The position numbers were made by a program, and so were the translations under genes. Positions 1 through 8,792 of a DNA stretch of 64,000 nt are shown piece after piece. The stretch is from Candidatus Calescibacterium sp. GTDB lineage: Bacteria > DRYD01. Position 1 is the stretch's first letter. The number at the start of each line of letters is the position of its first letter. Location: positions 77,438 to 141,437 of the forward strand of contig JANXCV010000004.1 of NCBI GenBank assembly GCA_025059235.1, written 5' to 3'. The notes below the pieces were generated by a model. That model saw nothing but the letters and a program-made list of their open reading frames with translations. It made no database searches and was not told the DNA's origin.

Positions 1-753
1 TATTCCTATTATTTTTGCCTTTTCTTTTATCTTTAATTTATCTAGGGTAGAAATCTGACTAATTTTTTTCTCTATTTCTTCAAATAGTTTTTCTATGTTT
101 TCATCTTTTTCTTCTGCTATAAAGATATTATTGGCTGTTATAATATCTATCTCCAATTTTTGTCCTTTGTTTGTAAGTATATCTATCGATTTATCTTTTA
201 GTTGGATTATTTTGATATATTCGAATGGTGCCAGATCCATTTTTACTATTTTTGCATAGATTTCTTTGGGTTCATCTTCTATATGGATGATCTTATATAT
301 TTTTTCTGGACAATGAATTACTGAGAGAAGTGATTTGTAGGGTATAGAATTACCTTTTATTACATCTCCGTGGGGGTCTACGCATTCGTAGCTATTTTGA
401 TGTTCTGGTATTTTAGTTTCTGCATGTTCCTCTTTTTCAGCTATCGAGTGTATTTCTTCGATGCTTATTGATGTATTTTCAAACAAATATTTTTCTATTT
501 TTCTGTGTTTTTCTATTATTTTTTCTGCTTTTTGAATCCCTTCGCTTGTAAGCTTGACGTTTTCATTATCGTATTTTATTTTTTTTTCTCTAAGAAGAAT
601 ATGAACTATTTTTATTAATCTATCGGGTTTGAGGTTAGAAAATAGTTGAAGATCACTAAATGTTGTTATCTTGTTTTCCTGAAGTTGTTTATATAAAAAT
701 TTTAAGATGTCTTCTTTTTTTTCATTTATCAGTTTTTCTTCTGCCTTTTTCAT
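1..753 (-). CDS. DtxR/MntR-family metal-dependent repressor with C-terminal FeoA-like domain (3' end runs off the window)
   Basis: Missing from the ORF track; translated by hand from ATG at 753: MKKAEEKLINEKKEDILKFLY...LTSEGIQKAEKIIEKHRKIEKYLF...EIHSIAEKEEH...DPHG...TLDKLKIKEKAKIIGI. Open to base 1. HR..E..L, AE..EH and DPHG are DtxR hallmarks. Confidence 0.8.
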   Translation of the reverse strand, partial: MKKAEEKLINEKKEDILKFLYKQLQENKITTFSDLQLFSNLKPDRLIKIVHILLREKKIKYDNENVKLTSEGIQKAEKIIEKHRKIEKYLFENTSISIEEIHSIAEKEEHAETKIPEHQNSYECVDPHGDVIKGNSIPYKSLLSVIHCPEKIYKIIHIEDEPKEIYAKIVKMDLAPFEYIKIIQLKDKSIDILTNKGQKLEIDIITANNIFIAEEKDENIEKLFEEIEKKISQISTLDKLKIKEKAKIIGI

Positions 754-820
754 TACGTTTTTTAATTTTATTAAGAATAATATAAGTACAGATCCTAGAG
801 CAGTTACTAGCAGAATTTCT

Positions 821-1312
821 TCAGTATGCATAGATTTTTTTGGTATCAAAAAGGTATAGTTCTCTAAAAGAATTTCTTTCTCGATTTTGGATTTTATACA
901 TAAAACTATCTATTGTTTTAAGATATTCAGTTATTTTTCTAGTTGTCTTTATTTTGTTTATTTCTCTAATATATAATTCGGGGTATATGTAAACTTTATA
1001 TATTCCTTTTTTAGTGTGTATTTGTAATTCTATCGATAGGTTGTTTAGTTTGCATCTTGATATCGTGTAATTTTTTGGAGTATAGTCATATATTTCCTGA
1101 ATTTTAATAGGTAAGTATAAATTTTGTGTTTTGTTTTTGGATATGGTTTCTATTTTTCTTTCTTCTTTTTCTTGATCTAGTTTCTGATCTATTTTTTGAT
1201 CTACAGGGGATGTTAAAAGAGTAAATATGAACGATAAGAGAACAAATGTAATTATGATTGAGAAAAAAGAAAAGAGTAATTTAGCTTTTGGACGATTTAA
1301 ATTATCTTTCAT
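821..1312 (-). CDS. Hypothetical protein with one N-terminal membrane anchor
   Basis: 163 aa ORF overlapping the secY stop by 1 nt; hydrophobic LLFSFFSIIITFVLLSFIFTLL segment. Confidence 0.6.
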   Translation of the reverse strand: MKDNLNRPKAKLLFSFFSIIITFVLLSFIFTLLTSPVDQKIDQKLDQEKEERKIETISKNKTQNLYLPIKIQEIYDYTPKNYTISRCKLNNLSIELQIHTKKGIYKVYIYPELYIREINKIKTTRKITEYLKTIDSFMYKIQNRERNSFRELYLFDTKKIYAY

Positions 1313-2760
1313 TATTGGTATCTTGTTTTTACTTTGAAGACTTCTCTGGGGTTAACAGCTACGAGATATGCATTCATTTGTTTTAGTAAATCAAGTACAA
1401 CTCCTACTATGATTAGCATAGAACTTCCACTTATGTACATTCCTACTAAACCACCTAGCGACAATTCTTGAATTCCAGTTATCTTAGATATGACAAAGTT
1501 AATGATATACATTAGGTAAGGAGGTAGTATAGTTATCATCGATAGTGCTAGGCCACCGATAAAGGCCAATTTATAAAGGGTATTTTCTAGAAAATTCTTT
1601 GTTGACTGACCTGGTTTAATTCCTCTTATCACTGCTCCTGACTTATTTAGGTAATCTGTTAAATCATCTACGTTTATCACTATAAAGGTATAGAAATACG
1701 AAAAAGCTATTATGAGAGAAGCGTATACTATCGAGTGCCATATGTTCCAACCAAGTGTTATAAGAAACGTTTTCAGTATTTCAGGTCTGAGTTCAGTTGG
1801 TATGACTAGGTTAGGTGGTACTATTGTTTGATAGATGAACTTTAGAACAGGATTAGTTGAAAATGTTTCCTGGTTTATTCCTAGGGCTTGTAGTATTGTT
1901 ATAGGGAAATATAGGAGGGCAACGGCAAATATTATCGGTAATACTCCTGCAGCTATAAGGGGTAGTGGTAGGAATGTGCTCTTTTGTTGAACAACTTTGT
2001 TTCCTGCTACTATCCTTTGGGTTAACATTATCGGTATTTTTCTTATCGATAACGTAAGAAATGAAACTATTGCTACAAAGAATAAGAAGAATAGAATTTG
2101 TACTCCTATGATTATAGTGCTATTCAGTAAACTTCCACCGAGGTTGAAAGTTTCTATGATATATGAGGGTAGTCTAAAGAGTATTGAGACGAAGATTATT
2201 ATTGAACTTCCATTTCCTATGCCTTTTTCATTTATTTGGTCTGCTAGCCACATAATGAAAGCACTACCGGCTATTAGTGATATTACTACGACCATGAATC
2301 CTAAAGGTGAGTTATCTGCGAATATTACGGGGTTTGTTTTTTTCAGAGCTGAGGTAGCAAAGAAAGCTTGTAACGTAGCTATGGCTATAGCTAACCATTT
2401 AGTGTAGAAATTTATTTTTCTTCTGCCTTCTTCTCCGTAATCTTTTTGTAAACTTTTTAGTTTAGGTACTCCTGCTATTAATAATTGCATTATGATTGCG
2501 GCATCTATGTATGGAATGATTCCGAGTGATATGATCGAAAAATTATATAGTGCTCCACCAGTAAAGATTCCGAATAAAGTAAACAGACTTCCCTGGGTTT
2601 TTATAAAATCTCTCCAAACTTCGAGGTTTATTCCTGGAACAACTATGTTTGTAAGCACAACAAATGTCAAGACGGCTACTATTAGAAATCTAATTCGATC
2701 TACTAACTCTTTGTACTGAACACTTTCATATATTTTCTGTAGTTTTACGTTTGTTGTCAT
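1312..2760 (-). CDS. secY: Preprotein translocase subunit SecY
   Basis: Motifs FSIISLGIIPYIDAAIIMQLL, GIGNGSSIIIF, GIKPGQST and GSSMLIIVGVVLD; about 10 TM segments. Confidence 0.95.
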   Translation of the reverse strand: MTTNVKLQKIYESVQYKELVDRIRFLIVAVLTFVVLTNIVVPGINLEVWRDFIKTQGSLFTLFGIFTGGALYNFSIISLGIIPYIDAAIIMQLLIAGVPKLKSLQKDYGEEGRRKINFYTKWLAIAIATLQAFFATSALKKTNPVIFADNSPLGFMVVVISLIAGSAFIMWLADQINEKGIGNGSSIIIFVSILFRLPSYIIETFNLGGSLLNSTIIIGVQILFFLFFVAIVSFLTLSIRKIPIMLTQRIVAGNKVVQQKSTFLPLPLIAAGVLPIIFAVALLYFPITILQALGINQETFSTNPVLKFIYQTIVPPNLVIPTELRPEILKTFLITLGWNIWHSIVYASLIIAFSYFYTFIVINVDDLTDYLNKSGAVIRGIKPGQSTKNFLENTLYKLAFIGGLALSMITILPPYLMYIINFVISKITGIQELSLGGLVGMYISGSSMLIIVGVVLDLLKQMNAYLVAVNPREVFKVKTRYQ

Positions 2761-2781
2761 TCTTTACCCTCATTTATCCTG

Positions 2782-3693
2782 TTAGGAATCCTGAATAAAA
2801 TCTATTTTCGATAGTTCCAATTTATTAAGTTCTATCAAGTATATTGTTAGTCCTTCAAGTAATGTCAACAGTGATATTATTACTTTTTCTTTTTTTATTT
2901 TCCTAAGTAAGTATGTGGCAAAATCTAAGGCTTTTTTTATGCTTTTTTCTCTTCCTATTAACGCTGGATATCTTATTATTAACTCGTTATCTTTTAGGTT
3001 GATTATTGAGTTGTAGAAATTCTCTATTATTGCAGTTTCAAGAATATGAAAGAAAATTTTTTCTGTTTTTATGTTTTCTATTGATAGTAAAGTTGATATG
3101 AAACTACCTCCCATGAGTATTAAATCCAATTCATTTTGTAGATTTGAGTAGTAATCTAAGAAGTCTTTGGTGAAAGTGTATTCATTCGTTTCTGATAGAC
3201 ATCCAAAGGGGTATAGAAACCTTGCGTGTTTGTTTCCGTGTTTCACAGTTATTTCTGTACTTCCTCCTCCTAGGTCGATAGCTATATACTCTCTGAAGAA
3301 AAAATCTATTACTTTTGAAGAATAATACGATTCTTCCTCTTGGGTTAATACTAAAAAATTTGTATTAACTGTATTTAGGTACTTTTTATTTAATTCTATT
3401 ACTCTTGGTGTTATGGTTTGGGTATGTCTATAGAATTCTGTTCCTACTGCTAAAGTTATGAATTTATCGGTATTATATTTCTTCTTTAGACTTGTTATGG
3501 AATAAGTTATTTGATTGAATAGAATTGCTAATTTTTTTTCGTAATCTTCAATATTTTGCTCTTTTTTAATTCTATGAATGACTGATCCTTTTTTTATAAT
3601 GTATAGTTTTTGATCTTTATATAGCGATATTAGGTACTTATTCGAATTACTTCCAAAATCGATAGTCAAAAACAATGCCCTTGTATTTTCCAC
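2782..3693 (-). CDS. Ppx/GppA-family phosphatase (ASKHA fold)
   Basis: TIDFGSNS and IDLGGGSTEI motifs, plus EESYY; GTG start. Confidence 0.75.
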   Translation of the reverse strand: MENTRALFLTIDFGSNSNKYLISLYKDQKLYIIKKGSVIHRIKKEQNIEDYEKKLAILFNQITYSITSLKKKYNTDKFITLAVGTEFYRHTQTITPRVIELNKKYLNTVNTNFLVLTQEEESYYSSKVIDFFFREYIAIDLGGGSTEITVKHGNKHARFLYPFGCLSETNEYTFTKDFLDYYSNLQNELDLILMGGSFISTLLSIENIKTEKIFFHILETAIIENFYNSIINLKDNELIIRYPALIGREKSIKKALDFATYLLRKIKKEKVIISLLTLLEGLTIYLIELNKLELSKIDFIQDS

Positions 3694-3825
3694 AAATTTA
3701 GTATTTAAACTTTATCTTTGCAATACCTTCTTCTTAAATTTTTCTTCTGAATTTTTCAGAAGGAGATTTCCAGGTTGATATAAAATAATCTACTATATAA
3801 AAGAGAAAAGAGGAGGAATAAAGAT

Positions 3826-4674
3826 ATGATAAGAAAAATACTGAGTGTATTTATAATATTGTTGGTAATCTGTCTTATACTTAACTCTTCTTCAGCCAAA
3901 AATTATTATAGCTACAATATAGTAAACTATCAAGAAAACAAATATTCTATAAGCTTAGGTATTTGGAATACCGATTTGAAAGGAGATACTTTCGCCCCTT
4001 CGACCGTCTTTACCACTGATTTAGAGGATGATCTGGGATTTGGAAATAACAAAGCATTTGTTTCTTTTGACTTTAACTATATGTTATCTAACTTGAACAG
4101 TGTTGGTTTTTCATTTTTTACAGGTTCTCACAAAGCTGTCAGGACTCAAACTAGAAATATTACTCTTCCTGGAGAACCAAGTGATGTTAATGTACCTGCC
4201 GGAACAACTGTATTCAGCGAAATAAAATATAGTGCGTTTGATCTCTATTATAGAAGATATTTCTCTACTGAATCAAATTACAGCTTTTACAGTTTGATTG
4301 GAACGAGATTTAACAATCTGAAAGCTGATTTTTCTACTAGTACCACTGACTTAGCTTCTGTTTTTTCTACTAGTACCACTGACTTAGCTTCTATCGATTT
4401 TAATGTTCCTGTTGTTTATGTAGGTATCGGTGGTGACTTTAGGATTTCAGACAGTATTAAAGCTTTTTACCAAATTCAAGGTATCCCTATTTCTATCAGT
4501 GGTGAAAAAGTAAACTATATCGAATACAAAATTGGTTTTGACTACAAGTTTACAGAAAATTGGGGATTAAGCATAGGTTATAGATATAATTCTACTAAAG
4601 CTGAAGATGATTTTTCTAGATCGTTAAAAACCAGATATCAGGGATTTACCGCTGGCTTAAATGGAAAATTTTAA
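3826..4674 (+). CDS. Putative outer-membrane beta-barrel protein
   Basis: Signal peptide, alternating amphipathic strands, C-terminal Phe (GLNGKF), AGGAGG RBS. Confidence 0.6.
   Translation: MIRKILSVFIILLVICLILNSSSAKNYYSYNIVNYQENKYSISLGIWNTDLKGDTFAPSTVFTTDLEDDLGFGNNKAFVSFDFNYMLSNLNSVGFSFFTGSHKAVRTQTRNITLPGEPSDVNVPAGTTVFSEIKYSAFDLYYRRYFSTESNYSFYSLIGTRFNNLKADFSTSTTDLASVFSTSTTDLASIDFNVPVVYVGIGGDFRISDSIKAFYQIQGIPISISGEKVNYIEYKIGFDYKFTENWGLSIGYRYNSTKAEDDFSRSLKTRYQGFTAGLNGKF
4329..4392 (+). repeat. In-frame tandem duplication (31 bp identical, 33 bp period)
   Basis: TTTTTCTACTAGTACCACTGACTTAGCTTCT at 4329-4359 and 4362-4392; encodes FSTSTTDLASV/FSTSTTDLASI. Confidence 0.95.
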
Positions 4675-4713
4675 TAGAAAAATTTTGAGGAATACAAATG
4701 GGAGGGAGAAAAT

Positions 4714-5592
4714 ATGGAACTAGTATACAGAATAACGATAGTCATCATACTTCTTGTAATACTGATTAGTTTCAAATCAACGTATGCTTATGAAGGGAGT
4801 TCTTCTTTGTACAAAGGGCTAGAATTAGAAGTCAAAGCATGGGCTTCAAAATTGACTGGAAGTACTTCCTTCGATCCAAATGCGAGCTACCTTACTCAAA
4901 GGGGAACAGAATTCTCATCCCCCAATACGTTTGACCTAGAAGATGTCTATGGATTTGGAGGAACCAAGACCTCCCTTCAAATCAATCTAAGAAAGGAAAT
5001 CAACGAAAAATCCTTCGGATATATTTCATATTTTACTGATAGCAGAAAATCACAAGTTAATTTATCTAGTCCAGTTGCTTTTGTTTGGAACAAACCATCT
5101 CAACAGAACGATAGTACTCCCGGTATAACTTATCTACAATCAGACGATAATTTATCTACTGCAGTGAAGATAAACATTTTTGACATAGGTTATGGATATT
5201 ACATCGGTAAGAAACATGAAAAAGGATTTGTTGCAGCAGTAATAGGTTTAAGATTCAATAATCTTGCAGTTGACTGGACTTATACGGGAAGCATCAACGG
5301 AAGTGATATATACAGAAAAAGAGGAGCATCGGGTTTTATAGGTATAGAAGGTAGATATAATTTGAGTAATAATGTAAATAGCTACTTGAAAGTTAATGGA
5401 GGAGTTGTAGGGGGTTCTGGAAACAGAGTCGGAACATTTGAATATGAAGTAGGAACAAACCTGAAGCTAACAAATTCTTTACACCTAGAACTGGGATACA
5501 AATATGCAGATATAAGGGCTAGAGAAGATATAGGAAGTAAACTGAGCTTGAAACTGCAAGGAATTAACGGAGGTTTGGTATTTAAGTTTTAA
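4714..5592 (+). CDS. Putative outer-membrane beta-barrel protein, paralogue of 3826-4674
   Basis: Signal peptide, terminal GGLVFKF; shares DLED..G, G.RFNNL and GY.Y motifs with the upstream gene. Confidence 0.6.
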   Translation: MELVYRITIVIILLVILISFKSTYAYEGSSSLYKGLELEVKAWASKLTGSTSFDPNASYLTQRGTEFSSPNTFDLEDVYGFGGTKTSLQINLRKEINEKSFGYISYFTDSRKSQVNLSSPVAFVWNKPSQQNDSTPGITYLQSDDNLSTAVKINIFDIGYGYYIGKKHEKGFVAAVIGLRFNNLAVDWTYTGSINGSDIYRKRGASGFIGIEGRYNLSNNVNSYLKVNGGVVGGSGNRVGTFEYEVGTNLKLTNSLHLELGYKYADIRAREDIGSKLSLKLQGINGGLVFKF

Positions 5593-5622
5593 ATTAAATT
5601 TTCTGAATGGGGTATCATTTTT

Positions 5623-5991
5623 ATGCATGAGTTTGCTTTAGCAAAGGCTTTGAAACAGACTATTACAAGCAAATATAATGATCATTCAAAATTCATTGTG
5701 TATATTGGTCAAATCCAAAATATTGAGTTAGAGGTTTTCAAAGCGGCTCTTTCTGAAGAAGTTCATGATTTGAATATTAGTCTAATTTTTCAGGAAGTCC
5801 CGGCAAAAATAAGATGTAACATTTGTGGATATGAATTTTTATATAATAGTTTGGGACTTTCTGACGATCAGCAAGAAGATATTCACTTTTTACCAGAAGC
5901 AATCTATGTTTACGTCAAATGTCCAAAATGTAAATCGAATGATTTTGAAGTAGTGGAGGGTAGGGGAATATTTATTGCTCCCTATAATTGA
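5623..5991 (+). CDS. hypA: Hydrogenase nickel metallochaperone HypA
   Basis: N-terminal MHE, CNIC...CPKC zinc site, EDIHFLPE insertion and EVVEGRGI. Confidence 0.92.
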   Translation: MHEFALAKALKQTITSKYNDHSKFIVYIGQIQNIELEVFKAALSEEVHDLNISLIFQEVPAKIRCNICGYEFLYNSLGLSDDQQEDIHFLPEAIYVYVKCPKCKSNDFEVVEGRGIFIAPYN

Positions 5992-6712
5992 CATAAGAGT
6001 ACAAGCCTTAAAAGAGAGAATAAGAAAAATTAAAAAGATAGTGGTTGTTTGTAGTTCGAAGGGTGGAGTTGGAAAGTCTACCGCTGCCTATATCCTCTCC
6101 TGTATTCTATCAAAGAGTAAAAAAATCGCTTTATGTGATTTTGATTTCACAGGACCTTCTCTTCATTTACTCCTTGATACAAATAAGACATTTACCGAAG
6201 AAAACGGTATAAAGCTACCTGAGGTATCGCAAAATTTGTTTTTTCTTTCAATCGTCTTCTTTACCCACGATAAACCCCTAGCATTGAGAGGTAACAACAT
6301 TTCTAACATTATTCTTGAATTATTTACAATAGCAGATTTTGAGAATATAGAAATTCTTATTATAGATACTCCTCCTACTACCAGTGATTTGATACTGGAT
6401 ATTCTAAAATATCTAGAAAATGCAGATTTCTGGGTTGTATCCTCTAATTCATTATTGTCATATCACAGCGTGAATAATTTTGTAGAAGTAATATCACAAA
6501 GAACTAGGAATCTAGAACTACTTATTCTGAATAAGATTTTCCCAGATGATCCGGAAAGTTTCAAAATTTTTGAAAAATTGAAATCAAAATTTAGAAGGAT
6601 AATTTCTTTACCGTATATAAATAATATACACGGATACTACGGAAAAATAAAAGAAGTAAGGAGCTTAGATTTCATTGAACAAATTGAAAAAGATATAGTG
6701 GATTTCATGTGA
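5975..6712 (+). CDS. Mrp/NBP35-family P-loop ATPase, probably ATPase-type HypB
   Basis: SKGGVGKST deviant Walker A, DFDFTGPS, LRGNNIS and IIDTPP; overlaps hypA. Confidence 0.8.
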   Translation: MLPIIDIRVQALKERIRKIKKIVVVCSSKGGVGKSTAAYILSCILSKSKKIALCDFDFTGPSLHLLLDTNKTFTEENGIKLPEVSQNLFFLSIVFFTHDKPLALRGNNISNIILELFTIADFENIEILIIDTPPTTSDLILDILKYLENADFWVVSSNSLLSYHSVNNFVEVISQRTRNLELLILNKIFPDDPESFKIFEKLKSKFRRIISLPYINNIHGYYGKIKEVRSLDFIEQIEKDIVDFM

Positions 6713-8253
6713 AGGTCTTTAAGATAAATTCAGTTGAATACTCTACAGAAGAGGACATAACTATCCTAGATTTTCTCAAGAAGATAGGTATATATATACC
6801 CGTTTTATGTTATCATCCTTATTTGAAACCTGTTGGAAAATGTAGAATATGCGTTATAAAAGATAGGGGTAGATATAGGAATTCCTGTACCACAAAGATT
6901 GAACACGGTATGGATATACAAACACATACTCCAGAACTAATTGAAATGAGAAAATGGATGATTCAGTTTCTATTTGGCGAAAGGAATCATTATTGTATGT
7001 ATTGTCCCATTACAAACGACTGTGAGTTTCAGAACTTGGGTTACTATACTGGATTGGATCACTTTCATTTCTCCACCTATGAAAATATTTTTGATACGGA
7101 TAATTCACACCCCTATATTCTTTTTGACAACAATAGGTGTGTTTTGTGTACTAGATGTATTAGAGTCTGTTCAGAAATTGCTGGGCATTCAGTGTTATCT
7201 GAGAAAGGTAAGGGAATTCATTCGATTATCGTAGCTGACAACGGTGTTCCTCTAGGGGAATCTTCGTGTACTTCCTGTGGTTTATGTGTTCAGGTCTGTC
7301 CTACAGGAACATTTGTAGATAAAATTTCGATGTATCAGGGTAGATCCTGGGAAACTAATAAATTCAACTCTTTCTGTTTCTCTTGTCCCGTAGGATGTGG
7401 AATAGAAGTATATACACGAGGTAGTAACATAGTAAAAATATACAGCGACTGGAATTCTTTCACCAAAGGATTAATATGTTACAAAGGGAGATATCAAGCT
7501 GTCATAAATTATAGAAAAAATAGAAGAAGAGAATTAAATTCGATAGATGATGTTATAGAGAAAGTAAGGAATTTAATCGATGAGAATTCAGTAGCTGTCG
7601 TAGATGGTACCCTTTTTAACGAAGAACTTGAAAAAATAAAAACTACTTTCCCAAAAACTTTTACTCTATACGAAGTTAATCCCAAAATACTACAAAACAA
7701 TATCAAAATTGATCAGCTTGAAAATTATCAAACTTTTATCATAAGTGGATGGGACTTGGATAAAGAATATGGATCTCTAGGATCGATAATAAAGAGAAGT
7801 AAACTTCATAGAAACTGTAGAGTAATTCACCTAGATAAAGAAGAAATTCAATTTAATCCACAATTAACCGGAAAAGCAATCTTTATATACAAGAATTTCT
7901 GCCCCAAACAAAATCTGAATATTAATGAACTAGAGATTGACGAGTTAGTTTTGCCTATTAATACTAATGATATTGGTTTATTGAAGATAATAGGAAACCA
8001 ATCAATTAGCAGCGAATCAAATCTAAATACTTCCAATCTATTTGTTTTTAGCAGAGATCTTAAAGTAATCAATGACAGATTCATAGAAAAATCTCAGAGA
8101 AAGTTCTTATTCACGTACAATTTAAACGGTAATACGGAAATGTTTGACCATGTTTTTGGAATAGTTTCAGAATTTGAAACGAATGGTAGTTTCTATAATT
8201 TATTTAACGAACTAATTTATTTGGAAAGAGTTTTTGAAAAGGAGGTTGTATGA
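6709..8253 (+). CDS. NuoG/HoxU-like multi-Fe-S subunit with degenerate molybdopterin-fold C-terminus
   Basis: 2Fe-2S motif (LCYHP...GKCRIC...C), HYCMYC..DC, CVLCTRCIRVC, CTSCGLCVQVCPTG and a further CFSCPVGC...LICYKG cluster. Confidence 0.85.
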   Translation: MKVFKINSVEYSTEEDITILDFLKKIGIYIPVLCYHPYLKPVGKCRICVIKDRGRYRNSCTTKIEHGMDIQTHTPELIEMRKWMIQFLFGERNHYCMYCPITNDCEFQNLGYYTGLDHFHFSTYENIFDTDNSHPYILFDNNRCVLCTRCIRVCSEIAGHSVLSEKGKGIHSIIVADNGVPLGESSCTSCGLCVQVCPTGTFVDKISMYQGRSWETNKFNSFCFSCPVGCGIEVYTRGSNIVKIYSDWNSFTKGLICYKGRYQAVINYRKNRRRELNSIDDVIEKVRNLIDENSVAVVDGTLFNEELEKIKTTFPKTFTLYEVNPKILQNNIKIDQLENYQTFIISGWDLDKEYGSLGSIIKRSKLHRNCRVIHLDKEEIQFNPQLTGKAIFIYKNFCPKQNLNINELEIDELVLPINTNDIGLLKIIGNQSISSESNLNTSNLFVFSRDLKVINDRFIEKSQRKFLFTYNLNGNTEMFDHVFGIVSEFETNGSFYNLFNELIYLERVFEKEVV

Positions 8254-8792
8254 AGAAGAAAACGGTTGCTACTATTTGGTGTGAAGGTTGTTCCGGATGT
8301 CACATGTCTTTTCTTGACATGGATGAAAAATTACTGGATTTAATAAAAAAGGGTATGACTTTCAGTGCTAGTCCTCTTACCGATCTAAAAATCCCTCCTC
8401 ATGGCACCGACATAGGAATAATTGAAGGATCTGTCGCCACTGATACCCAGGAAGAGGAAGTAAAAATGATGAGAGAAAGATGTAAGATAATCGTTGCTAT
8501 TGGTAACTGTGCCGTATTCGGTGGCATCCCCACAATGAGAAACAAGTATAAGGTTTCAGAAATTCTAAGCAGAGCATATGAAAACGCTGAAACAAATTAT
8601 AATTCTCATATTCCATCTGCGGAGGATATAAGTAAACTTCTCGAGAAAGTAAAACCTGTGGATAAAGTAATCAAGGTTGATTATTATATTCCGGGTTGCC
8701 CACCAAAGCCAGAAGCCATATATGAAACGCTTTTAAAAATTATAGAAGGGGAGAAACCAGAATTAAAAGGTAAACTACTGTCATATGACTAA
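8250..8792 (+). CDS. hoxY: [NiFe]-hydrogenase small subunit, HoxY-like (group 3)
   Basis: CEGCSGC, GNCAVFGG and PGCPP motifs; 180 aa, no Tat signal. Confidence 0.85.
   Translation: MKKKTVATIWCEGCSGCHMSFLDMDEKLLDLIKKGMTFSASPLTDLKIPPHGTDIGIIEGSVATDTQEEEVKMMRERCKIIVAIGNCAVFGGIPTMRNKYKVSEILSRAYENAETNYNSHIPSAEDISKLLEKVKPVDKVIKVDYYIPGCPPKPEAIYETLLKIIEGEKPELKGKLLSYD

Noticed and set aside
1997-2719. Antisense ORFs within secY, and similar short ORFs nested in other genes
   Set aside because: They are shadows of well-supported genes on the other strand or frame, with no motifs or RBS.
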